Positions 29,154 to 38,338 of a DNA stretch of 64,000 bases are shown piece by piece. Positions within the stretch are counted from its first letter, which is position 1. Each line of letters opens with the position of its first letter. The notes beneath the pieces are model-generated. The model had not been told where the DNA came from and did no database searches. It worked only from the letters and a program-made list of their open reading frames with translations. The DNA comes from an uncultured Actinomycetota bacterium (lineage in GTDB: Bacteria; Actinomycetota; Actinomycetes; CAWDCV01): NCBI GenBank assembly GCA_963801015.1, contig CAWDCV010000002.1, forward strand, positions 1,060,118 to 1,124,117, written 5' to 3'. The translations under genes were made by a program, and so were the position numbers.

Positions 29154-30583
29154 GATGCAGCCAGGGGTGCGAGCAGCCCGCGCGGGGGTACGGACAGCAC
29201 CGGCTCGCGCCCGACACCCTCGCTTGCCAGGATGTCGTTCGCAGCGAGGACGCCCGACGCTGCCGCCCGCTCCATGAGTGCGGTCGGGAAGTCGAGATGG
29301 ATCCAGTCGCCCGCCAGTCGCAGTCCGTCGGCGCGAGTGGTCACGCGGGGACGGTGCGCCGAAGCGCCGGTAGCAAACAGCGGGGCGTTGGTCAGGATGC
29401 GCGATCGGACATCGACAACGTGCAACGACGACGTCTCCGGCCACAGGGCGGCGAGCTCAGCGCGCATGCGGGACACGATCTGTTCGCTGCCGAGGCCGCG
29501 CTCCGTGCCGTACGCATGCAGCTCGACGACCGAGCCTCCGGTCCGTGCCCCCCACACGCGGGCGCCGTCCTCGAGCCGGCTGTAGACCGAGATCGAATCG
29601 AGCGTCGGCTGTCGTGACACCCCGGTGAACGGCGCCCGCTCGGGAGCGACGTCGCGATCGAACCAGAACCGGGCAACGGCGTACGGGCCTGCCGGTTGCA
29701 GCGCCGGCGACGTGGGGTCGAGCAGCGGCTCTGCGGCAACAATGCTCGGCGATGCAACGAGCAGCGGACCCAGGGCAGCAACATCGGTCGCGAGGATGCA
29801 GTGTGGTGCCGACACCGTCGAACCGTCATCGCAGGTTATGTGCCACTCCGTGTTTCGGTTGATAGCGACCGCACGGGTGTTGAGGCGGACGTCGACGTGC
29901 CGCTTGCGCAGCGCTGCCTCTACCGGCTCCCAGATACACGTCGAGTAGTCAGTGTTCGGCGCGTCGAACAGCAACCCTTCGGGATTGCCAAGGAAATAGA
30001 AGTGGAACAGCGCGATCATCTCGGCGGCAGACATCTCGTCCTCGCTGTTGAAGAACGAGTGTGCGAAGACCTCGAACAGCATCGCGCGGGCCCGGTCGCC
30101 GAGGCGCAGCGAATCGAGCAGCTCCCGGGCCGAGACGTCGTCGAACTCGCGATAGGTGCTGTCGGCGTCATACGCCAGCAGCGGTGTCGCCGCCTTGCCG
30201 TCCATCGTGCGGAGGTCACCGAGGGTGATGCTCGGTGACCGCTGCACCAGCCGGATCACGTTGAGCGGTGCCCGCCGCGGCAGGCCGGCGAAGCTCTCGT
30301 CGGGCCAGTCGACGGCCGCCACCGGATAGTCCGCTATCGGCTGCAGGAACGACAGCGTCGGATCGAGGCGTCTTAGCCACGAGCGCAGCGTGTAGTACTG
30401 CCGGAAGAACGCATGGAAGCCATGCTCGACGATCTGCTGCGACCCATCTGGCAGCCGATGAGGTCGAGCGGAGAGCCGGCCACCGAGTACCTCGTCCGCC
30501 TCGAGCAGGGTGACCCGTACGCCGCGTTCGGCGAGCACCGTGGCCGCGACGCAGCCGGCGATACCGCCTCCGACGACGACCAC
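29150..30583 (-). CDS. FAD-dependent oxidoreductase, amine oxidase/phytoene desaturase (CrtI/HpnE) family
   Basis: Rossmann motif VVVVGGGIAGCVAATVLAERGVRVTLLEADEVLGGRL; GTG start at 30583 just before the GxGxxG motif; the stop overlaps the bioA start by 4 nt. Confidence 0.7.
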   Translation of the reverse strand: MVVVGGGIAGCVAATVLAERGVRVTLLEADEVLGGRLSARPHRLPDGSQQIVEHGFHAFFRQYYTLRSWLRRLDPTLSFLQPIADYPVAAVDWPDESFAGLPRRAPLNVIRLVQRSPSITLGDLRTMDGKAATPLLAYDADSTYREFDDVSARELLDSLRLGDRARAMLFEVFAHSFFNSEDEMSAAEMIALFHFYFLGNPEGLLFDAPNTDYSTCIWEPVEAALRKRHVDVRLNTRAVAINRNTEWHITCDDGSTVSAPHCILATDVAALGPLLVASPSIVAAEPLLDPTSPALQPAGPYAVARFWFDRDVAPERAPFTGVSRQPTLDSISVYSRLEDGARVWGARTGGSVVELHAYGTERGLGSEQIVSRMRAELAALWPETSSLHVVDVRSRILTNAPLFATGASAHRPRVTTRADGLRLAGDWIHLDFPTALMERAAASGVLAANDILASEGVGREPVLSVPPRGLLAPLAAS

Positions 30584-30772
30584 GGAGACCTCGCCGCGTA
30601 CGCGAAACGGGCGATGCCCCTCGGGGGCGACGACAATGTGCGGACGAGCCAGGACGGCCTGACCCGCGCGAGCAGCGACTGCGCTCGCGGTCTTGGTCAC
30701 CACGCTCGGATGGAACGGCACCACTCGGCCTCTTCCTGTTCTTTGGCGCGAACCGGCCAGTAAAGTCCCTGG

Positions 30773-32020
30773 GTGGCCGCGTCGGACATCCTCGCGCCCC
30801 TTCTCGCCCGAGTGCACGACATGGCGCCCAGCGCTCTGGCGTCCGTCGTCAGCGAGGAGGGACGCTCGCTGGGTGCGTCCGAGCTGGTGATCTACCTCGT
30901 CGACTACGCACAGACCGTGCTCGTTCCTATTCCGTGTTCGGATGCGTCCGATAGGCACGAGCTCACCCTGGAGGGAACGCTCGCCGGGCGGGCATTCCGC
31001 TCATCAACGCCCCTCGAGTCGGCCGACGCTGACGGCCACCGCATCTGGATGCCCGTGGTGGACGGCGTCTCGCGGGTCGGCGTCCTCGAGGTGCTGTTCC
31101 CTCAGGGGGAGCCGAGCGCCGAGGTACGAGAGGCGCTGCACCGCTATGCAGGGCTCGTCGGCCACCTCGTCGTCATCAAGGGTGAGTACGGCGACGTCTT
31201 CGAGTTCGTCCGCCGTCGGGCCCCGATGAGCGTCGCCGCCGAGCTGCAGTGGTCGCTGTTACCACCGTTGACGTTCGGTACGGAAGGCATCGTCATCTCC
31301 GGCCTGCTCGAGCCGGCGTACGAGGTCGGCGGCGACTCCTTCGACTACGCCGTGAACGGAGATCACGCCTACCTCGGCCTGTTCGACATGATGGGGCACG
31401 GCCTTGAAGCAGCGTCCCTGAGCAGCGTCGTGGTCGGGGCCTACCGGAGTGCCCGGCGCAAGCTGCTCGACCTGCCGGAAACCTATGTCCAGATCGACCG
31501 AGCGCTGCTGGAGCTGACCGGCGGCGAAGGTGGCTTTGCCACAGGTCTGCTTGCCGAACTGCGACTCGACGAGGGGCTCTTCAGCTTCATCAGTGCTGGT
31601 CACCTCTCTCCCCTGCTGTTGCGCGAGGGCAAGGTCGTGAAGAACCTGACCGCCCGACCGGCGCTACCGTTCGGCTTCGCTAACCTCGTTGCGACCGGAC
31701 ACTCGCCGGAGGCGATTCCCGTCAGCACCGAGCAGTTGCAACCGGGCGACCGAATCATCGCCTTCACCGACGGCGTCGTGGAAGCGCGCCGAGGTATGGA
31801 GTTCTTCGGCGTGGATCGCCTCGGCGACTTCGTCGCTAGGGAGGACTCGGCAGGACAGATCGCACCCGAGACGCTACGGCGGTTGATGCAGGCGATCCTC
31901 GAGCACCAGGACGGGGCCCTCCAGGACGACGCGACCGCGATGCTCATCGAGTGGCGTGGGCGTGGCCCGGCGCCGCTGCGCCCCGACCGTCCTCCGCCCA
32001 GCCGCCACGCGCGCACGTAG
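30773..32020 (+). CDS. GAF domain-containing PP2C-family (SpoIIE/RsbU-type) protein serine/threonine phosphatase
   Basis: N-terminal GAF-like region plus PP2C/SpoIIE motifs (GGDSFDY, LFDMMGHGLEAAS, IAFTDGVVEAR). Confidence 0.8.
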   Translation: MAASDILAPLLARVHDMAPSALASVVSEEGRSLGASELVIYLVDYAQTVLVPIPCSDASDRHELTLEGTLAGRAFRSSTPLESADADGHRIWMPVVDGVSRVGVLEVLFPQGEPSAEVREALHRYAGLVGHLVVIKGEYGDVFEFVRRRAPMSVAAELQWSLLPPLTFGTEGIVISGLLEPAYEVGGDSFDYAVNGDHAYLGLFDMMGHGLEAASLSSVVVGAYRSARRKLLDLPETYVQIDRALLELTGGEGGFATGLLAELRLDEGLFSFISAGHLSPLLLREGKVVKNLTARPALPFGFANLVATGHSPEAIPVSTEQLQPGDRIIAFTDGVVEARRGMEFFGVDRLGDFVAREDSAGQIAPETLRRLMQAILEHQDGALQDDATAMLIEWRGRGPAPLRPDRPPPSRHART

Positions 32021-32132
32021 CACGGCGCCGACGGCGGTTTGCCGCCGAATCGCGGGGTAGCGGCGCTGGCACGAAAATTCTCATCGTGGGCGATAACCAC
32101 CGAACCCACCCATCTCGTGCCAAGGAGGCCGC

Positions 32133-32597
32133 GTGAGCAACGTTACCGAGTCCATCGACGTCGACGTTCCCGTCAGCACGGTGTACGACCAGTGGACGCA
32201 GTTCGAGACCTTCCCCCAGTTCATGGAGGGCGTCGAGCGCATCGACCAGATCACCGACACCAAGACCCACTGGGTCACCAAGATCGGCGGTGTGGAACGC
32301 GAGTTCGACGCCGACATCACCGAGCAGCACCCGGACGAGCGGGTTGCCTGGAAGTCCACGACCGGAGCCGACCAGGCCGGCGTCGTGACGTTCCACCGTC
32401 TGTCGGACACCACCACCCGGGTGACCGTGCAGATGGATTACGAGCCTGAGGGCGTCGTGGAGAACGTCGGGGACAAGCTCGGCATCGTCAAGCGCCGGGT
32501 GACCGGCGACCTCGAGCGGTTCAAGCAGTTCATTGAGGCGCGCGGCACCGAGACCGGTGGCTGGCGGGGCGACGTGGACGCAGCTCCGCAGGTCTGA
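32133..32597 (+). CDS. SRPBCC family protein (polyketide cyclase/dehydrase-like)
   Basis: AAGGAGG RBS then GTG 32133; SRPBCC fold signature (VDVPVSTVYDQWTQFETFPQFMEGV); followed by an 8-bp hairpin at ~32608-32631. Confidence 0.75.
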   Translation: MSNVTESIDVDVPVSTVYDQWTQFETFPQFMEGVERIDQITDTKTHWVTKIGGVEREFDADITEQHPDERVAWKSTTGADQAGVVTFHRLSDTTTRVTVQMDYEPEGVVENVGDKLGIVKRRVTGDLERFKQFIEARGTETGGWRGDVDAAPQV

Positions 32598-32728
32598 CTC
32601 ACCCGGTACGTCCCGGATCCCGCTCGCAGCCTACGAGCGGGGTCCGTGCATGTTGCGGGAAGAGTGCGGGCAGGAGAAGAGTCGGGAGGGCCTAACAGCA
32701 CGCGGCATCGTGACCGGAGGGGCGGATC

Positions 32729-33319
32729 ATGGCTGGTGACGCACACGACGAGCTCAGCCCGACGATCACGCGGTACCACCGCGAGATCGAGCACCTGCTC
32801 GACCTGATCGACGAGCGCCCGCCCGGCGATAGGCGGCGTGAGGAGCTCATCGAGAAGCTGTTCGTCGAGGTCATGCGCCATCAGGTGGCAGAGGTGACAT
32901 TCCTCGATCCACTGATCCGCATGCGCCTCGACAACGGCGACGAGACCGCGACAGCCATGCTCACCCAGCACGAGCAGCTGGAGACCTCGTTGCGCGGTTT
33001 CGAGCGACTGGAGGACGGAACCGACGAGTTCGACGCCGCGCTGAAGAGCCTGCGCGCGGCGCTCGACGACCACGCCCGTCACCAGGAGCACGAGGTGCTG
33101 CCGACCCTGCAGTCGTCGATCGACACCCATGATCTCGATGACGTGGCGGCCCGCATGGTGCCGACGCAACAGGCGGGCGCGACGATGTCGCATCCGTCGC
33201 AACCTGGGGAAGGGACGATGTCGACCGAGCGCCGCAGCGGACTCACCGACCGGGTGCGGGATGCCTTCCTCGTGACCGAGGGCGTGCGGGTGGTGGGCGG
33301 GAGCGAAGACCCGTCGTGA
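32729..33319 (+). CDS. hemerythrin domain-containing protein
   Basis: HHE cation-binding pattern (HREIEHLL...MRHQVAEVTFLDPL...HARHQEHEVLP). Confidence 0.75.
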   Translation: MAGDAHDELSPTITRYHREIEHLLDLIDERPPGDRRREELIEKLFVEVMRHQVAEVTFLDPLIRMRLDNGDETATAMLTQHEQLETSLRGFERLEDGTDEFDAALKSLRAALDDHARHQEHEVLPTLQSSIDTHDLDDVAARMVPTQQAGATMSHPSQPGEGTMSTERRSGLTDRVRDAFLVTEGVRVVGGSEDPS

Positions 33320-33858
33320 CACAGGAGCAGGTACGCGACGACAAAGCCGATCGGTCAACGGAGAAACAAGACGAGCGCGACTCCAACGACCGCCACGAGA
33401 CTGAGGGTCAGCGCCTCGATCGCAACGTCGATGAGATGCTGCAGGAGCTGCGGGTCGCCCAGACCGGTGTCCAGATCCTATTCGCATTCCTGCTGACGAT
33501 CACGTTCCAGCAACGCTTCTCCGAGATCACGACTTTTCAACGGAATGTCTACGTCACGACGCTGATCCTCGTTGCCCTCGCCACCGCCCTTCTCATTGCA
33601 CCGGTGTCGTTCCACCGCATCGTCTTCGGGCAGCGCCAGAAGCGGAGTCTGGTCAAAGCGACTAACCGGCTCGCGATTGGCGGCCTTGTGCTGCTGCTGC
33701 TCGCTGTCTGTGGTGCCGTGCTGCTGATCCTCGACGTGGTAGTCGGCACGCGTGCAGCTGTCGTCGGCACCGGTGGTGTCGCGATCTGGTTCGTCATTTT
33801 CTGGTACGCCATCCCGCTGCGCATACGCCGGCAGCCGCCGGAGACGTACGAGCGCTGA
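33316..33858 (+). CDS. DUF6328 family membrane protein
   Basis: MLQELRVAQTGVQILFAFLLTITFQQRF plus two further TM helices; ATGA overlap with the hemerythrin gene. Confidence 0.7.
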   Translation: MTQEQVRDDKADRSTEKQDERDSNDRHETEGQRLDRNVDEMLQELRVAQTGVQILFAFLLTITFQQRFSEITTFQRNVYVTTLILVALATALLIAPVSFHRIVFGQRQKRSLVKATNRLAIGGLVLLLLAVCGAVLLILDVVVGTRAAVVGTGGVAIWFVIFWYAIPLRIRRQPPETYER

Positions 33859-33886
33859 AGCTGTTCCTGTGTCGAGGAGGCCCAAC

Positions 33887-34306
33887 ATGCCCGCCAAGAA
33901 AGACATGCCGTCGACGATTCAGCGGTCATCCAAGAAGGCCCAGGACACCTGGGGTGACACGCACGATTCAGCCGTCGAAAGCTACGGCGACGGCGAGCGC
34001 GCACACCGTACGGCGTTCTCCGCGCTCAAGCACTCCTTCGAGAAGGTGGGCGACCACTGGGAGGAAAAGGAGGGCGGGCGCAGGGGACCGTCCGACAAGC
34101 AGGCGGCGGCGTCGGGGAGTCGGGCCCGTCGCGGCAAGGGCGGCGACACCAAGGGCGGCGTCGACGCGAACGCGACGAAGAAGCACCTGATGGACCTGGC
34201 TCGCCGCCTCGACGTCAAGGGCCGCAGCACCATGACCAAGGACGAGCTCGCCGACGCCATCAACAAGGCGAACAACCGGCAGACCGCAAAGGCGCGCCGC
34301 TCCTGA
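33887..34306 (+). CDS. ChaB family protein with C-terminal Rho_N-like domain
   Basis: GAGGAGG RBS then ATG 33887; MPAKKDMPSTIQRSSKKAQDTWGDTHDSAVESYGDGERAHRTAFSALKHSFEKVGDHWEEKE matches ChaB; the C-terminus TMTKDELADAINKANN matches the Rho termination factor N-terminal motif. Confidence 0.75.
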   Translation: MPAKKDMPSTIQRSSKKAQDTWGDTHDSAVESYGDGERAHRTAFSALKHSFEKVGDHWEEKEGGRRGPSDKQAAASGSRARRGKGGDTKGGVDANATKKHLMDLARRLDVKGRSTMTKDELADAINKANNRQTAKARRS

Positions 34307-34316
34307 CCGACCCTGA

Positions 34317-34742
34317 CTACTCCAGGAGCGAACGAATCGCGCTTACCTTGGCGCGCGCATCGGTGAGCCGCTCGTCGGTGAGCGACCAGGTCTCGAGCCA
34401 CTCGCTGTCGTCCTCGCCGACTCGATCGAGCGCCTCCGCCGCGAGCGTCGGCAGGTCATCGGACAGGTCGAAGTCGGTCGATGCCAGCCAGTCGACGACC
34501 GCGTCGTCGTCGATGCCGGCGTCGTCCGGGTCGGCTGCGACCGACGCAATCACGGCAACGATCGATGCCGCCGCGACACCGCGATTGGCGTCGATCAGAT
34601 CGAGGTAGCCCTCGTTCGCCGTCACATCGAGCAACGCGTCGCGAAGCGTTCTGGGGACGTCTGCGGGGTCGAGCGGTTCCAGAATGTGAAAGAAGTCCAT
34701 GGCGTCGTCATTGCCGAACGGTGCTGCGCTCCAGGTGGCCAC
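34317..34742 (-). CDS. DUF4259 domain-containing protein
   Basis: (M/V)ATWSAAPFGNDDAMDFFHILE... is the DUF4259 N-terminal signature; acidic protein. Confidence 0.7.
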   Translation of the reverse strand: MATWSAAPFGNDDAMDFFHILEPLDPADVPRTLRDALLDVTANEGYLDLIDANRGVAAASIVAVIASVAADPDDAGIDDDAVVDWLASTDFDLSDDLPTLAAEALDRVGEDDSEWLETWSLTDERLTDARAKVSAIRSLLE

Positions 34743-34796
34743 GGAGGAATTCTCCAGGAGAAGTTACGGGGGTCGGTCATCGGGTACGGCGCTCCC

Positions 34797-36272
34797 GTGC
34801 GGAGCCTGTCCTCGCTGCTGGCCAGTGTCGCCGACGAGCGGATCGTCGTGGTCGGCGACGCCGTCCTCGACGCCTGGCTTTCGGGCCCCGCACACCGGCT
34901 ATGCCGCGAGGCGCCGGTCCCGGTAGTGAGCGTCGACCAGCGCATCACCGCTCCGGGTGGCGCGGCGAACACCGCGGCCAATGCCTCAGCGCTCGGGGCG
35001 GACGTCAGGTTCGTGTCTTTCGTGGGGCAGGACGACGACGCGCTCGCCCTGCGGCACGCGCTCGCCGTGCACGGCGTCGCGGACTCCGCGCTCCTGGGCG
35101 TACCCGGCCGCCGCACCCAGGCGAAGCGGCGGATCCTGTCCAACGGTCAGGTGCTCGCGCGCTTCGACGAGGGCGATGCCGGCGAGCCGTCCGAGCAGGT
35201 CCAGGCCGACCTGGTCGATGCGCTCCACCTTGCGCTCGCGGCGCCCGACGGCGGAGTGGACGCGCGGGTCGTGCTCGCGGCCGACTACGGCGCGGGCACG
35301 CTGACCGCGCGCGTCCGTGAGCGGCTGACGGCACTGCGCGACGAGCACGATCTCCTGCTCGTGGTCGACGCCCACGACGTGCGCCCCTGGCGCGACGTAC
35401 GGCCGACAGCCGTCACCCCGAACTGGCCGGAGACCGCCGCCCTGCTCGGCATCTCGCCGAACGTGCCGGATCGAGCGGCCTACGTGGAGGCGCACGCCGA
35501 CGACCTGCTCGCCGCGAGTGGGGCCTCGCTTGTCGTGGTCACGTTGGACGAGGACGGCGCGGTGCTGCTCGAACGGGGCCGCCCGCCGCACCGCGCGTAC
35601 ACCGAACGCATCGACCGCCCGTCGACGACCGGTGCCGGCGACTCGTTCGCCGCGGCCTTCACGCTCGCGCTCGGCGCGGGCGCCGACAGCATTACAGCGG
35701 TGGAGATCGGCGTCGCAGCAGCCTCCGTCGTCGTCCGCGAGCGCGGCACAGCCGTATGCGACATCAGCGAGCTCCAGCGTTCGCTCGGGCTCGTCGAGCG
35801 CTCGTTGCTCAGCGAGGCGGAGATGGCGTCGGCGATTGCTATGCACCGGCAGGCCGGGCGGCGCATCGTCTTCACCAACGGCTGCTTCGACGTGCTGCAT
35901 CGCGGCCACGTGACGTATCTGGAGCAGGCCAAGCGCCTCGGCGACGTCCTCGTCCTCGCGCTCAACAGCGACGACAGCGTGCGCCGGCTCAAGGGCGCTG
36001 ATCGGCCGGTCAACAGCGCCGAGGATCGCGCCGCGGTGCTCGCGGCCCTGTCGTGCGTCGACCATCTCGCGGTGTTCGACGAGGACAGTCCACGCCGCCT
36101 GCTCGAAGTCGTCCGCCCCGACCTCTACGTCAAGGGCGGCGACTACACGCCGCAGATGCTGCCGGAGGCGCCACTCGTCGAGCAGCTCGGCGGCAGCGTG
36201 CGGATCCTGCCCTACGTCGAGGATCGGTCGACGACGAGCCTGCTCGAGCGGATCCGCGCCAGCGCGCCCTGA
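34797..36272 (+). CDS. hldE: bifunctional D-glycero-beta-D-manno-heptose-7-phosphate kinase / heptose-1-phosphate adenylyltransferase (copy 1, unlinked to the heptose cluster)
   Basis: N-terminal pfkB-type sugar kinase domain (VVGDAVLDAW...TGAGDSFAAA) and C-terminal cytidylyltransferase-like domain (FTNGCFDVLHRGHVTYLEQA, RILPY); start taken at GTG 34797 because the upstream part of the track ORF overlaps the DUF4259 gene. Confidence 0.8.
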   Translation: MRSLSSLLASVADERIVVVGDAVLDAWLSGPAHRLCREAPVPVVSVDQRITAPGGAANTAANASALGADVRFVSFVGQDDDALALRHALAVHGVADSALLGVPGRRTQAKRRILSNGQVLARFDEGDAGEPSEQVQADLVDALHLALAAPDGGVDARVVLAADYGAGTLTARVRERLTALRDEHDLLLVVDAHDVRPWRDVRPTAVTPNWPETAALLGISPNVPDRAAYVEAHADDLLAASGASLVVVTLDEDGAVLLERGRPPHRAYTERIDRPSTTGAGDSFAAAFTLALGAGADSITAVEIGVAAASVVVRERGTAVCDISELQRSLGLVERSLLSEAEMASAIAMHRQAGRRIVFTNGCFDVLHRGHVTYLEQAKRLGDVLVLALNSDDSVRRLKGADRPVNSAEDRAAVLAALSCVDHLAVFDEDSPRRLLEVVRPDLYVKGGDYTPQMLPEAPLVEQLGGSVRILPYVEDRSTTSLLERIRASAP

Positions 36273-36288
36273 TGGTGACGCGCCTCCT

Positions 36289-36359
36289 GGTCGTGTAGAT
36301 CGTCGTGAAGCTTTAGCACGATCCCGAGCGCCGGGATGCTCACGACGATCTACACGACC
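36289..36359. terminator. 19-bp perfect inverted repeat (ggtcgtgtagatcgtcgtg ... cacgacgatctacacgacc; 33-nt loop), bidirectional terminator candidate between convergent hldE and trxB-like genes
   Basis: Seen directly; it fills the entire 88-nt convergent intergenic gap. Confidence 0.55.
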
Positions 36360-36360
36360 G

Positions 36361-38043
36361 CTACCGCGGCGCAGGAAGCGTCGCCAGGTAGCGATGCAGC
36401 AGCTGCACGGCGATCGCGCCGTCGCCGACCGCTGTCGCGACGCGCTTGACCGAGCCGCTGCGCACGTCGCCGACCGCGAACACGCCGGGCACGCTCGTCT
36501 CGAGCAGCGCCGGCGGAGGCTGCCCATCGGCGCGGACGACATCGGCGCCGCAGCGCAAGTATCCGCCCTGGTCACGCTGCAGGGCGTCGCCGAGCCAGTC
36601 GGTGTTGGGCAACGAGCCGATGAGTACGAACAACCCCGTCACCGGTTCGAAGCCGTCTGTCCCGGAATCGAGGTCGCGGATGGTGAGTCCGCCGAGCATG
36701 CCGTCTTCCTCGACGCCGCCGACAACCTCGGCGCGGTACCTGATGGTGATGTTCGGCGTACCTTCCAGCTGGCGAATCAGGTAGTCGGACATGCTCACGG
36801 CGAGCGTCGCCGAGCGGACGAGGATCGTGACGTGCGTCGCGTACTTCGCCAGGTGGATCGCCGCCTGTCCGGCGGAGTTGCCGCCACCGATGACCGCGAC
36901 CTCGCGGCCCTCCATCGCCCGTGATTCCGAGACCACGGCGCCGTAGTAGACACCGCGACCCACCAGATTCTCCAGCTCCGGGACGTCCAGCCGCCGGTAA
37001 GTCACGCCGGTGGCGATGATCACGCTACGCGCCCGTACCGTCTCCTCATCGGACAACGAGACGAGCCGCCGGTCGCCGTCCATATCGAGTCCGACGGCCT
37101 CGCGCAGCCAGAGGAACTCGGTGCCGAAGGTCCAGGCCTGCAGGAACGAGCGGAACGCGAGTTGCGCGCCGCTGATGCCGCGGGAGAAGCCCGGATAGTT
37201 GCGAATCATCGAACTGGTACCCGCCTGGCCGCCCACCGCGGCCTGCTCCACGATGACGGTGTGCAGCCCCTCGGATGCGGCGTACACGGCTGCGGCGAGG
37301 CCGGACGGACCGCCGCCGATGATGATGACGTCATACACGGTGTCCGGATCCAGCGGTTCGCCGAGTCCGAACACGTCGACGATCTCGAAGTCGGTGGGGT
37401 TGGCCAGAACGGCAGGAGGCGAGGTGAAGCGGAACACGAGGACCGGCAGCTCGGGGGAGGAGAGCCCGAGGTCCTCGAGGGCCGCCTGCCCACTCGGGGC
37501 ATCGACGTCATAGAAGCCCACGGGGATGGAATTGCGGGAGAACTGGTCCCGCAGCGTCGACGTGCGCTCGTCGTAGCGGTGGCCAATGAGGCGGACCGCC
37601 TCGAAGGCGCTGCCTTGGCCGACCTGCCAGTCGACCAGCGCGTCGTTGATGGCGGCGTGGAACTCCTCGTCGCGCGCCCGCTCGGGTCGGATGAGCGTGA
37701 GGTCAACCTGGCCAACGCCGATGGCCCGGAACACGTCTGCCGACGTGGCAAAACTGCCCCAGTTGACGGCGATCGCGCGCTTGGTCGTTCGCGAGTAGCG
37801 CGGCACGTGGGCCAGGAAGTCGATGCCGCCGCGATCCGCGTCGTTGTAGCAGGCGATGACGAGCGCTACCGGCTGGTCCTGGCGGGCGAGATCGGCGAGC
37901 AGATGCTCCGCTGCGCTGTACGTCGAGCGCGCAAGCACGGAGTACTCGACGCCGTACCGCGCCCGCAGCTCGCGCTCGAGGACGCCGCGCGACTCAGCGT
38001 CGGGCGAGGCGACGACGAGCACCGGTGTCAGCGGCTCGGTCAC
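36361..38043 (-). CDS. FAD-dependent pyridine nucleotide-disulfide oxidoreductase, thioredoxin-reductase-like C-terminal domain fused to a ~240-aa N-terminal domain of unknown function
   Basis: The C-terminal 310 aa carry TrxR-like motifs (YDVIIIGGGPSGLAAAVYAA, GGGNSAGQAA, GVFAVGDV). The N-terminal domain (MTEPLTPVLVVASPDAESRGVLERELRARYG...) resembles a receiver-like / alpha-beta fold. Confidence 0.7.
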   Translation of the reverse strand: MTEPLTPVLVVASPDAESRGVLERELRARYGVEYSVLARSTYSAAEHLLADLARQDQPVALVIACYNDADRGGIDFLAHVPRYSRTTKRAIAVNWGSFATSADVFRAIGVGQVDLTLIRPERARDEEFHAAINDALVDWQVGQGSAFEAVRLIGHRYDERTSTLRDQFSRNSIPVGFYDVDAPSGQAALEDLGLSSPELPVLVFRFTSPPAVLANPTDFEIVDVFGLGEPLDPDTVYDVIIIGGGPSGLAAAVYAASEGLHTVIVEQAAVGGQAGTSSMIRNYPGFSRGISGAQLAFRSFLQAWTFGTEFLWLREAVGLDMDGDRRLVSLSDEETVRARSVIIATGVTYRRLDVPELENLVGRGVYYGAVVSESRAMEGREVAVIGGGNSAGQAAIHLAKYATHVTILVRSATLAVSMSDYLIRQLEGTPNITIRYRAEVVGGVEEDGMLGGLTIRDLDSGTDGFEPVTGLFVLIGSLPNTDWLGDALQRDQGGYLRCGADVVRADGQPPPALLETSVPGVFAVGDVRSGSVKRVATAVGDGAIAVQLLHRYLATLPAPR

Positions 38044-38062
38044 CTGTCAGAGTGTGCCGGAA

Positions 38063-38338
38063 CTACCCGCCTTCGGGGCGCTCCTGGTCGCCCTCCTCTT
38101 CCGGCATGGCGGGCTCGCGGAACTCGGGCGCACCCTCTGCTCCGGCGTCCGGCGCCCGCAACGCGTCCAGCGTCGTGTCGTCGTCAGCGGCTTCGAAGGC
38201 CGCTTCGGTGTCCTCGACGGCTGTCTCTCCGGACGCTGTGGGGTGGGGCGGCGTTTCGGGCGGTGGATCGCTGCCCGGCACGGACTGGTCGCCGGGATCG
38301 CCGTCCCCGCCGCTGCGCATTCCCCCGGGTGCAGTCAT
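38063..38338 (-). CDS. hypothetical acidic Pro-rich small protein
   Basis: 91-aa ORF between two minus-strand genes, D/E/P-rich; low support. Confidence 0.25.
   Translation of the reverse strand: MTAPGGMRSGGDGDPGDQSVPGSDPPPETPPHPTASGETAVEDTEAAFEAADDDTTLDALRAPDAGAEGAPEFREPAMPEEEGDQERPEGG

Noticed and set aside
35005-36575. 529-aa minus-strand ORF
   Set aside because: Antisense to hldE copy 1 and spanning the terminator; Arg/Ala-rich garbage.
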